Below, one piece after another: positions 9,144-17,386 of a stretch of DNA of 46,172 nucleotides. Numbering within the stretch: position 1 is the first letter of the stretch; every line of letters starts with the position of its first letter. The translations under genes were made by a program, and so were the position numbers. Source of the stretch: Methanothrix sp. (GTDB lineage: Archaea > Halobacteriota > Methanosarcinia > Methanotrichales > Methanotrichaceae); assembly GCA_040770465.1 (NCBI GenBank), contig JAXGJB010000019.1, forward strand, positions 1 to 46,172. Reading direction: 5' to 3'. Under the pieces are notes generated by a model. That model was not told where the DNA came from and searched no databases. It was given only the letters and a program-made list of their open reading frames with translations.

Positions 9144-9425
9144 TCACAGCAGAGCAGCGGGCATATTTCGCGCTGCCTCAGTGATTCCCGTGACATTCCC
9201 GATTCTCGTTGCCCTTTCGACCAGAGCGTGAATCGACTCACGTGATGAAATATCCGCAGTAGCCGTGCTCACTTCATACCCTGCATCCAGCATGGCTTCA
9301 GCAGCGGTTTTTGCATTTTCCGGTTTTACGTCTGCCAGAAGCACATGTTTTCCGACGCCTACACGGCGAGCGATCGCCACCCCGATAGAACCCGCACCAA
9401 TTACTACGAGAACATCTTTCATCAT
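9144..9425 (-). pseudogene. Truncated short-chain dehydrogenase/reductase (N-terminal Rossmann part only)
   Basis: VVIGAGSIGVAIARR...LLAD...ADISSRESI; ends after about 93 aa without a YxxxK catalytic motif; lies at the island edge. Confidence 0.75.
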
Positions 9426-9469
9426 TTCATCCTTATGTGTCACAGTCTTTCCCATGAGCCGACCTTGAG

Positions 9470-9895
9470 TCAACCTTCCTTTGAGCATATCATATCGTAT
9501 TCTTCATCGGTCACGGGTTCGAACCACACGGAATCCCCCGCCTGGGGATTCGCAGTGATTCCCAAGTGCACGAACCAGCTCTCCTTCGCGGCACCGTGCC
9601 AATGCTTGACATTTGGAGGGATCTTTACGACATCTCCTGGCTTAAGCGATCTTGCTGGTTTTCTTTCTTCCTGATAATATCCACTTCCTCCTGTAACTAA
9701 CAGGATTTGTCCGCCCGGATGCACATGCCAGTTATTCCTTGCCCCGGGTTCAAATGTTACATTATACACAGGACAATTATATTCATTATCAGTTACCAGC
9801 ATTTCAACCCACGCCGTCCCTATGAAATGCTCATCCGCGACTTTTTGGCCTTTCGGAAAGATCGCGCTTTCACTCAAATCGTCTTGGCAATCCAT
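9470..9895 (-). CDS. Cupin domain protein
   Basis: VTFEPGARNNWHVHPGGQIL and PGDVVKIPPNVKHWHGA motifs. Confidence 0.9.
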   Translation of the reverse strand: MDCQDDLSESAIFPKGQKVADEHFIGTAWVEMLVTDNEYNCPVYNVTFEPGARNNWHVHPGGQILLVTGGSGYYQEERKPARSLKPGDVVKIPPNVKHWHGAAKESWFVHLGITANPQAGDSVWFEPVTDEEYDMICSKEG

Positions 9896-9910
9896 ATCAG
9901 ATCCTCCTTT

Positions 9911-11080
9911 TTATTTATAAGATTCTCTGTAAATCGCAGCAGATTCCTCGACGCTGATTTCGCTTCTGTCACACGTAAACAAAAAGCCCATCGTATCCTT
10001 GGCATTCTTTGCCATGGTTTCAAATTCTTCCGGCTTTATGCCGTAATCGGACATTTTGAGGTCGGCAACACCGCAATCTTCCTGTAATTTCGCCAGCATC
10101 TTGATGAAGTCCATCGGCTCTGTGGCATCTTCCATCCCCATGGCCTTTGCCATCTGAACGAATCTGTCATCACATACATGCTTATCAATGAGATGAGTGA
10201 AATACGCTTTGCTAATCATGATCAGGCCCGCACCGTGCGGAAGTTCCTGATGGAACGCTGACATGGCATGCTCTAAAGAATGTTGGCTCGTACAAAGTCC
10301 AACACTTTCAACCACGCCAGAGAGGGTATTGCCGAATGCAACCTTCTCGCGTGCGTCGATGTCCTTTCCGTCTTTCACTGCTCTTGCAAGATTTCGACTT
10401 ACGGCCTCAATCGCTGTGATGGCATACATATCGCTCATGAGGTTGACACCTTTCGAAACATAGCCTTCTACACTATGGAATAAGGCATCAAATCCCTGAT
10501 ACGCAGTAAATTTCGGCGGTACGGACGTCATGAGCTCCGGATCAACAATTGCCAGAACAGGAAACATGTCGTCGTTACCAAGCCCGATTTTTTCATGATT
10601 TTCTTCATGCGTCACAACCGCCCAGGGATCGGTTTCGGAACCTGTTCCTGCCGTTGTTGTGATGGCTATAAGCGGCAGTGGTTTATGTTCCATCGCCATA
10701 CCTTTTCCTGTACCACCAAACACATAATCCCAATAATCCCCATTGTTGGTGGCCATAACGGCAATCGCCTTTGCCGCATCTATGCAGCTTCCACCACCTA
10801 AAGCGACGATAAAATCACAGCCATTTTCTTTTGCAAAGGAACCGCCTGCCATAACCGTCGATTTCAATGGATTGGGTTCAACTTTGTCAAACACCACGGT
10901 ATCTATTCCTGCAAGTTTCAGCTGCTCTTCTGTTCTTGCAAGATAACCGTATGATCTTGCGGATTTCCCTCTCGAAATAACAATCATCGCTTTCTTGCCA
11001 GGCATCTTCTGGCTGTGCAGATTGTTTAATTCGCCTGCACCAAATAAGATCCTGGTAGGTACATACATGTTAAAACTCAT
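9911..11080 (-). CDS. Iron-containing alcohol dehydrogenase
   Basis: ALGGGSCIDAAK, TTAGTGSE, DALFHSVE, HSLEH and PHG motifs. Confidence 0.93.
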   Translation of the reverse strand: MSFNMYVPTRILFGAGELNNLHSQKMPGKKAMIVISRGKSARSYGYLARTEEQLKLAGIDTVVFDKVEPNPLKSTVMAGGSFAKENGCDFIVALGGGSCIDAAKAIAVMATNNGDYWDYVFGGTGKGMAMEHKPLPLIAITTTAGTGSETDPWAVVTHEENHEKIGLGNDDMFPVLAIVDPELMTSVPPKFTAYQGFDALFHSVEGYVSKGVNLMSDMYAITAIEAVSRNLARAVKDGKDIDAREKVAFGNTLSGVVESVGLCTSQHSLEHAMSAFHQELPHGAGLIMISKAYFTHLIDKHVCDDRFVQMAKAMGMEDATEPMDFIKMLAKLQEDCGVADLKMSDYGIKPEEFETMAKNAKDTMGFLFTCDRSEISVEESAAIYRESYK

Positions 11081-11155
11081 ATCACATCATCGAACACGTA
11101 AGGTATAAATAGGTTGTACATACAAAAATGTCCCATACTTACAGGATTGATACTA

Positions 11156-11506
11156 ATGGACACAACTCCTGAGGAATACAAGTACGATTGGCCAATCGAC
11201 GCGACTCTAGATGTGATCGGAGGCAAATGGAAACCGCTGATCATATATGCGCTGAATGATGAGACGCTGCGTTTTAGCCAGTTACTGAACAGGCTACATC
11301 CCAGGATCACCCAAAGGATGCTCACAAAACAGCTCCGCCAGCTTGAGGAAGACGGCCTTATTATCAGAAAGGTTTACGCGCAGGTCCCGCCTAAAGTGGA
11401 GTATTCGCTCACGGAAACGGGAAAATCCCTGATGCCGATCCTCGACCAGCTCTGCGCGTGGGGATCTGAAAACATGAGCGACCGCATTAAGTATCAATGT
11501 GAATAA
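11156..11506 (+). CDS. HxlR/DUF24 winged-helix transcriptional regulator
   Basis: ATLDVIGGKWK...LRFSQL...MLTKQLRQLE-x-DG...VPPKVEYSLT; divergent from the ADH operon. Start placed at ATG 11156. Confidence 0.92.
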   Translation: MDTTPEEYKYDWPIDATLDVIGGKWKPLIIYALNDETLRFSQLLNRLHPRITQRMLTKQLRQLEEDGLIIRKVYAQVPPKVEYSLTETGKSLMPILDQLCAWGSENMSDRIKYQCE

Positions 11507-11518
11507 TCAGAGAATGCG

Positions 11519-11538
11519 CCCCGCTGATTGCTGCGGGG
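11519..11538. repeat. GC hairpin CCCCGC-N8-GCGGGG (IS200/IS605-end or REP-like, or a terminator)
   Basis: Inverted repeat right after hxlR at the island boundary. Confidence 0.4.
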
Positions 11539-11892
11539 TTCACCTTCAGAGTTTGGCTTGGGGAAAGAGTTGTGAGGGAGGAGGTGGTGCCGTCTGATTC
11601 AGGTTTCGCCCTTTGGTGATGGAGGCTACAAGTTCAAGGGGCCATCCGGGTCGGGGCCATGTCCATCCCAGACCCGCAAGTTGAGGTGCTGCCAATCGAG
11701 AGTTGGGCTATCCATCCTGCCGGAGCGAAATTCCTCCTCCGAGAAGGGATCGGCGACCGGCTCGTATAAAAGTTATCTTTATACTATTGATAGCAGCATG
11801 GTCATCTATAGTTTCAACAGAGTCAGGTTTCGGGATTTTGATCTGGGACTATGACAAACCCATCTCCACCCGAGGGGATGAGTTGATATTAT

Positions 11893-12216
11893 ATGGGTCA
11901 GATTGATCCGGGCTCGATCATGATCTGCGAAAGATGCGGCTTATGCTGCACGAAACTGGACGTGATGATAATCAACCCGAGGTCGATAAGGCCGGACGGG
12001 ACCGTCGACCCTGCAGACCAAGACTCGATGATCGCAAAGCCTGCGGGCCGGAGGTGTCCTCACCTTGCGTATCTGGGAGAGGTCGCCGTCTGCACCATCC
12101 ACGACCTGCCGTGCTATAAGGGGACGCCCTGCGACCGGTTCGAGGCGATCGGCCCCGAGGACGGCGCCTGCCTCATCAGCGGGTACTTTCGAAGCCTCGG
12201 GTCGGCTGAACTATGA
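11893..12216 (+). CDS. YkgJ-like CxxCxxCC cysteine-cluster protein
   Basis: CERCGLCC...CPHL...CTIH...C motif. Confidence 0.8.
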   Translation: MGQIDPGSIMICERCGLCCTKLDVMIINPRSIRPDGTVDPADQDSMIAKPAGRRCPHLAYLGEVAVCTIHDLPCYKGTPCDRFEAIGPEDGACLISGYFRSLGSAEL

Positions 12217-12412
12217 TCGGCCTTCTATGGCCAGCTGCGACTCAATAACTATCAACTGCCAACACCACCCACCATCAACGCAAAAAATCGCTCTATTCAT
12301 CTAGAAAAGCCGATCTTGAACTTCGATCATCTTCCATCGATCCCGTTTTATGGATTAGATGCAAAAATTATAAATGTATAAGCGTCCTAGGAATATCATG
12401 GAGGTGAAATAG

Positions 12413-12688
12413 ATGACTGAGTTTTTGGGACTGGTTGAAGACGGCAGGTTCAGGATACTGGAGCCGAAAGAGCACTGCTGCACCGTGAGCATGACCCAGC
12501 TGATCAAGCCGAGCCTTCAGGACGAGGCGGCGATAGAGAAGCACAAGATCGACCTCTCCAAGGATGAGGGAATGGCGATCATGGTTGAAGGAAACCTCGC
12601 CAAAGAAGAGCTCTGGATATACGAAGCTAAAGTGATCGACAGGGCGGGACCCATTCTCTCGACGGCTGTTCGGAAGATCTTCGGCTGA
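12413..12688 (+). CDS. Hypothetical protein (91 aa)
   Basis: Strong GGAGGTG RBS, upstream TTATAAA box, host-like codon use. Confidence 0.75.
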   Translation: MTEFLGLVEDGRFRILEPKEHCCTVSMTQLIKPSLQDEAAIEKHKIDLSKDEGMAIMVEGNLAKEELWIYEAKVIDRAGPILSTAVRKIFG

Positions 12689-12775
12689 ATGTGAAGATCG
12701 GAGATTAAAGCCGATACCGCGTCCTGAGAAAGGACGCGGCATCACTTATTCTATCTATTTTCTAAAATAGAAGGT

Positions 12776-14065
12776 TCAAAATAAAAAGATCGCCAAAAGC
12801 CCCACGGCGATCATGGGGAGGAATATCATGGCTACCCGAGACCCAAACTCTCTCGACCCCAGGATGAAGGTTATAAGAAGCTTCACCAGGGTGTTGGTCA
12901 TGGCGGCGAGGGTTATCCCGGCTGCCGCCACACCCCCGTCCATCGCTGGGGTCTTGGCCAGGGTTGCCAGAGATAAGGTTATGGCGTCGACGTCGGCAAG
13001 CCCGGCCACCAGGCTTGCAACATACGTTCCGGCCTCGCCGAAGTAGATGCTGGCGACCTTTGATACCAGGAGGACGACGGCGAAGAAGGCCCCGAACTTG
13101 AGTGCCGGCGAAAGCCGAAAGGGGTCGGAGAGGTTGACGCTCGTCTCGATCGTCTCCCTCTCTTTATGAAGTGTCAATGCCATGAGGACGCCGACGACGG
13201 TCATGCTGGCCAGCGGGATCAGAAGGGAGAAGAAGAGCTGTCTGTTCACCACGAACACCTCCAGGAGGATCCGGGGGAACATTGTGCAGCTGGCGATGGT
13301 GGTGGCGAAGACCGCCGAGGGGATCACCTCACGATGGGCCTTCGCCTCCGCCGCCATGGTGGTGGCTACGGCGGTGCTGGAGACAAGCCCCCCCAGGGCT
13401 CCGGTGATGGAGAGCCCCTTATCGGTCCCGAAGATCCTGATCATAACGTAGCCGACGTAGCCTATCAGGCTTACAAGGACCACCATCAGCCAGATGTTCC
13501 GCGGGTTGAGGACCCCGAAGGGGTCCAGGGTCTCGTTGGGGAGGAGGGGGAGGATCACCAGGGCGATCGTCCCCATCTTCAATGTGTCGAGGAGCTCGTC
13601 CTCTCTGATGATCTCGACGTACCGGTGGGCGGTCTTCTTTACGGCCAGAATCATCGTCTCCAGGATGGCAAGAGCGATGGCGAGCATGACGGTCTTGGGG
13701 GAGTAGCAGAGGACTCCGAGGATGAAGGCGACGACCGCCGCCACCTCCGAGGTGAAATCGAGCCGTCCCAGGTTCGTCGCACTGGCGGCGTACCCCACCG
13801 TCACCATGAGGACGAAGCTGGCGAAGGCCGCCACCATGAACGTCCTTCCAAACTCCGCCGCCAGATGGGCGGAGAGGGTGCCCAGAAGCGTTATCAGTAT
13901 GAAGGTCCGTAGCCCCGCTACCCCTCGTTTCTTCTTCTCCAGAAGGTCGCGCTCCCTCTCGGTACCGATGAGGGCTCCGATCAATATCGAGATGAGGAAG
14001 GGGTAGAGGTCGCTGAAGGCGATGGCCTCCAGGCTCAGATATCCATAGTCCATTACCCTATCCAT
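12776..14065 (-). CDS. MgtC/SapB family membrane protein with DUF4010 domain
   Basis: GALIGTERE...AGLRTF at the N-terminus; GGLVSSTA and GLADVDAI; multi-TM. Confidence 0.88.
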   Translation of the reverse strand: MDRVMDYGYLSLEAIAFSDLYPFLISILIGALIGTERERDLLEKKKRGVAGLRTFILITLLGTLSAHLAAEFGRTFMVAAFASFVLMVTVGYAASATNLGRLDFTSEVAAVVAFILGVLCYSPKTVMLAIALAILETMILAVKKTAHRYVEIIREDELLDTLKMGTIALVILPLLPNETLDPFGVLNPRNIWLMVVLVSLIGYVGYVMIRIFGTDKGLSITGALGGLVSSTAVATTMAAEAKAHREVIPSAVFATTIASCTMFPRILLEVFVVNRQLFFSLLIPLASMTVVGVLMALTLHKERETIETSVNLSDPFRLSPALKFGAFFAVVLLVSKVASIYFGEAGTYVASLVAGLADVDAITLSLATLAKTPAMDGGVAAAGITLAAMTNTLVKLLITFILGSREFGSRVAMIFLPMIAVGLLAIFLF

Positions 14066-14134
14066 CGCCTCCTTCGGCTAATAATTTTTCCGTAGAGCAG
14101 CACTGGGACGATCGATCGATTCGTCCCTTCGCTG

Positions 14135-14272
14135 CCCGCCACCGCCCTCTCTCGCCTTCTTCTGCTCGCCTCTACCCACCTCCCTCCCCTCTACCTACCA
14201 CCTCTCTATCCACCACCTCTCTAACCGCCTTCCTCCCCTCTGCCCACTTCCCCTCTGCCCACCTCCGCCCTT
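14135..14272. repeat. Polypyrimidine low-complexity tract with degenerate CCTCT(A/G)CCCACC units
   Basis: For example cctctacccacctc, cccctctgcccactt, cccctctgcccacct; nearly all C/T on the + strand. Confidence 0.6.
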
Positions 14273-14331
14273 GAGAGACCCGAAAGCTCCAGCGTCAAGT
14301 TATTGATCTATCGAAGGGCAGGGTTCTGGAG

Positions 14332-15102
14332 ATGGCAGCGACAGATGACGACGGAGATGTCTCCGCAAAACCCGCCGCCGAGAACCTCGATCGCGCAAAA
14401 CGGTGCATAGATCTGCTGGAGGGGGTCTACGGCCTCCCCAGGAGCCGGGGGCTTGGTCCCGTCGACCAACTCGTCCAGACGATCTTATCCCAGAACACCA
14501 CCTCGGCGAACACCCACCGGGCCTTCGAGAACCTCAAGAGAAGGTACCCCGACTACCAGGCCCTCCTGGACGCCCCCGACGAGGAGGTCGCAGGCCAGAT
14601 CCGCTGTGGGGGACTCGCCAACATCAAGACCGGGAGGATCAAAGAGGCCCTCGAGAGAATTAAGGCGATGGAAAAGGGGCGAGCTGGAAAGGATGAAAAC
14701 GAGCAGGCCAGCGAGGCAGGGAGCAAGGCAGGGGTCATAGACCTGGAGTTTCTTAGGGGCAGAGACCCCGAGAAGGCGCGGGATATCCTCGTCGCCCTGC
14801 CCGGGGTCGGGCCGAAGACCGCGGCGGTGGTCCTCCTCTTCGCCTTCAACATGCCCTTCATCCCCGTAGACACTCATGTCAACAGGCTTTCCCGAAGGCT
14901 CGGATTCGTTCCCGAAGGGGCTAGCATAGATGAGGCGGAGAGGATCCTGGAGAGGATCACTCCAAAAGATAAGTACTGCTCGTTTCACGTCAACCTCATT
15001 CGGCACGGTCGGGCCGTCTGCAGGGCTAGATCCCCCTCCTGTAAAGAGTGCGTCCTGAGAGAGATATGCCCGAGCAGGGATCGGGCGGGGCAAAAGGGTT
15101 AA
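14332..15102 (+). CDS. nth: Endonuclease III-family HhH-GPD DNA glycosylase
   Basis: TILSQNT, LPGVGPKTA, PVDTHV and the Fe-S motif CRARSPSCKECVLREIC. Confidence 0.88.
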   Translation: MAATDDDGDVSAKPAAENLDRAKRCIDLLEGVYGLPRSRGLGPVDQLVQTILSQNTTSANTHRAFENLKRRYPDYQALLDAPDEEVAGQIRCGGLANIKTGRIKEALERIKAMEKGRAGKDENEQASEAGSKAGVIDLEFLRGRDPEKARDILVALPGVGPKTAAVVLLFAFNMPFIPVDTHVNRLSRRLGFVPEGASIDEAERILERITPKDKYCSFHVNLIRHGRAVCRARSPSCKECVLREICPSRDRAGQKG

Positions 15103-15136
15103 ATGGTAGAACGCCAACAAGGGGCCACTCAATTGC

Positions 15137-15211
15137 GCTCCGGTAGTGTAGCTCGGCCAATCATGCGGGACTCTCACTCCCGCGACTGGGGTTCAAATCC
15201 CCACCGGAGCA
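15137..15211 (+). tRNA. tRNA-Glu (CTC)
   Basis: GCTCCGGTAGTGTAG...GCGGGA-CTCTCAC-TCCCGC...GGTTCAAATCC...CCGGAGCA cloverleaf. Confidence 0.95.
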
Positions 15212-15475
15212 CTCTTCTAATAAAAAAACTAGCCGTTCTTCTGATTCCCGGTTATGAGATTCTATGTAGTCGGAGGAGACCTCTCTGGAGAGGGTCAATG
15301 GGTCGGTAAGTTTCGATCCTGTTTATAAGGCCCCTTGATAATCTCGAAAAGCGTATGGTTATCTTCTTCATCTTGCCGGGAATATGGATAATCCCGAGAG
15401 TTCATAAATTCTTATTTTCAAAAGAGGTGGGGACCGCCCCGATTAGGCTTTCGGGGCAGCCAGATAATTTCGAAT

Positions 15476-16276
15476 TTAGATGCAGGGTAGCCAGTCTACC
15501 TGGACTTCGCCGCAGGTGCCGTTGCCCCAGAGCTGGATGAACTTCTCGATGGAGAAGACGCCCGTCAGGTCCTCAACGGATCGGCCCCACTCATAGTGTC
15601 TCCCCTTGCAGTTCGTGCTGACGTCCTTGGAGAGCCAGCCGATATGGGCGACACCGATGACGTTGGAGTTGAAGTTCGCCTCAAGGGCGCCGGTGCAGTT
15701 ACCGCAGCCATAGCATCCGTCTGCGCCACAGTTCGTCGAATCCCAAGTGCTGCAGTCCCTCCTCGTCTTCACCTCGGTGTTCTTCTGGAGGTGCTCGGCG
15801 TGGGTGTACATCTCGACGACGGTGGCTCCGATGTAGTAGTTCTGGACGCAGAGCTTCTCGATCCACTTCTGGTCGTAGGTGCCGGTCTGATAGCTGACAG
15901 GCATGTACTCCAGCTCGGTCTCCTTGTTGAAGTTGATGTAATCGACGCAGCCGCTGCCGGGATCGAAACTATCGACAGTGCAGGGACTAGATCCACCACA
16001 TTGATAGGGGGATCCACACTCGGTCCCGGGGCACCAGGGTCCATAGGGGTCCCTCTCGGCCTCGATCTCGGTCATCGATGTAATGACGTTTCCGCTTCCA
16101 GACTCTTTCTCGACCAGCTTATTTCCGTTAAGGCCGGGCTGAGTCTGAATGATAATCTCGGTGTTCTTGTAGCCGACGCCCTTTATGTTGGATTTCTCGT
16201 ACATATAGTTGGCAGCGCCAGCCATGCCCACCAGGGCAATCCCGATTACCAGCAATATAGCCAGTTCTCTCTTCAT
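15476..16276 (-). CDS. Secreted cysteine-rich protein (266 aa), candidate envelope/sheath structural protein
   Basis: Signal peptide MKRELAILLVIGIALVGMAGA; 14 Cys; beta-strand-like S/T/N/G-rich sequence; ends DWLPCI. Confidence 0.8.
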   Translation of the reverse strand: MKRELAILLVIGIALVGMAGAANYMYEKSNIKGVGYKNTEIIIQTQPGLNGNKLVEKESGSGNVITSMTEIEAERDPYGPWCPGTECGSPYQCGGSSPCTVDSFDPGSGCVDYINFNKETELEYMPVSYQTGTYDQKWIEKLCVQNYYIGATVVEMYTHAEHLQKNTEVKTRRDCSTWDSTNCGADGCYGCGNCTGALEANFNSNVIGVAHIGWLSKDVSTNCKGRHYEWGRSVEDLTGVFSIEKFIQLWGNGTCGEVQVDWLPCI

Positions 16277-16751
16277 TCAGTTCCCACTCCGTTCACTGTT
16301 ACCCTCTAATATGCTGCCATCGCTGGCCGCAAAAAAGAGCGGCCCGATAGCTGCATAGCTCGTCCCTGAGAGCTATGGCTAGATCGGATGATTCTCATGA
16401 CCCCTCTCATCGAGCCCATCAAGCCCTGAAAGGCGGTCTTTCTTCGATCTAACCGGATATTCCGGCAGAAGCTCACAACCCCCAGGGAGCTTCCAGCCTT
16501 TCCGAGAACCTGATCCATTCAGGTTCATCGTCTAGGCGTACCTCTCCTTCAGGCTGATGGCATAAATATCTATCGAGCCGCCTATTAGCGATTTCGTCGA
16601 CCAATTATATTGGATGTGAATTCCTCTCTGAATCGGAATACAATCGGTGATGAACTCTCTGCGTCTCGAAATCCGTTCTCGCAAATTCTATCGGAGACCA
16701 AAAGAAAGGCCTCAGACAGCGCCGGTTCTGTCGGACGTTAGGGGCCGATCT

Positions 16752-17333
16752 CTATCCCTCAGCCATCCTCTGGGCCCTCTCCTTCTCCGCCAGGAGGACG
16801 TTCTCGTTCAGAACCCCCAGGGCCTTATCGTCATTCCACCAGGCCAGCCTTTCTGCGCCGAGGGCGCGTGAAGCGGCGGCGATCCCCTCAAACTCCTGGT
16901 CGTACCTGGTGTATTCGGGGTCCAGGGGCACCATCGACGATCCTCCGACCTCCGAGAAGGAGGGGTCGACCTCGATCACCTCGCCCTTCTCGTTCTTCAC
17001 CAAAAGCCAGAGGTGATCGAAACCTCGATCTGAGAAGTTCTCGGCGTAGGCAAAGTAGACGTCAAATCCGCGGCTATTGAAGTACCACTCGTAGAAGGCG
17101 GCCCTCTCGAAGACGTCCAGGTCTGAAGCGTAACTCCTGATGGAGCTGGAGTACCTGATCACGTCGTCGGGGTTCTGGACGTCGGCGTGCTTAAGCTCCA
17201 GATAGTAGGGGTCGGGTATCCCTCCGGATAATTCATCACCGTGAAGTCCGTCCCGTCCGCCGTCGCTGAAAAAGAGGGTGCGAGCTCCGATCAGGATAAC
17301 TACAGCTGCAAGGACGATCCACCATCTCGACAG
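16752..17333 (-). CDS. Membrane-anchored transglutaminase/papain-like fold protein, probably inactive; CTG start proposed
   Basis: The frame is open upstream of track start 17162 through the TM segment WWIVLAAVVILIGA. AGGAGG lies 7 nt before CTG at 17333. Contains H-L-W...V-D-P. Confidence 0.6.
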   Translation of the reverse strand: MSRWWIVLAAVVILIGARTLFFSDGGRDGLHGDELSGGIPDPYYLELKHADVQNPDDVIRYSSSIRSYASDLDVFERAAFYEWYFNSRGFDVYFAYAENFSDRGFDHLWLLVKNEKGEVIEVDPSFSEVGGSSMVPLDPEYTRYDQEFEGIAAASRALGAERLAWWNDDKALGVLNENVLLAEKERAQRMAEG

Positions 17334-17386
17334 ATTTAGGCCTCCTACCCAATAAATATTGAAAAATACTTGAATGCCAAATACGG

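Noticed and set aside
11545-11790. Possible ncRNA or small ORF between hxlR and the YkgJ-like gene (including ORF 11703-11906)
   Set aside because: A TATA-like tract and a 29-codon minus-strand ORF exist, but I found no RNase P, SRP or C/D-box hallmarks and no convincing coding signal.
14135-14272. Possible CRISPR or iteron array
   Set aside because: Units are degenerate, low-complexity and not regularly spaced.
15103-15475. Integrated element at tRNA-Glu; ORF 15103-15309
   Set aside because: No att duplicate or integrase is visible, and the ORF overlaps the tRNA.
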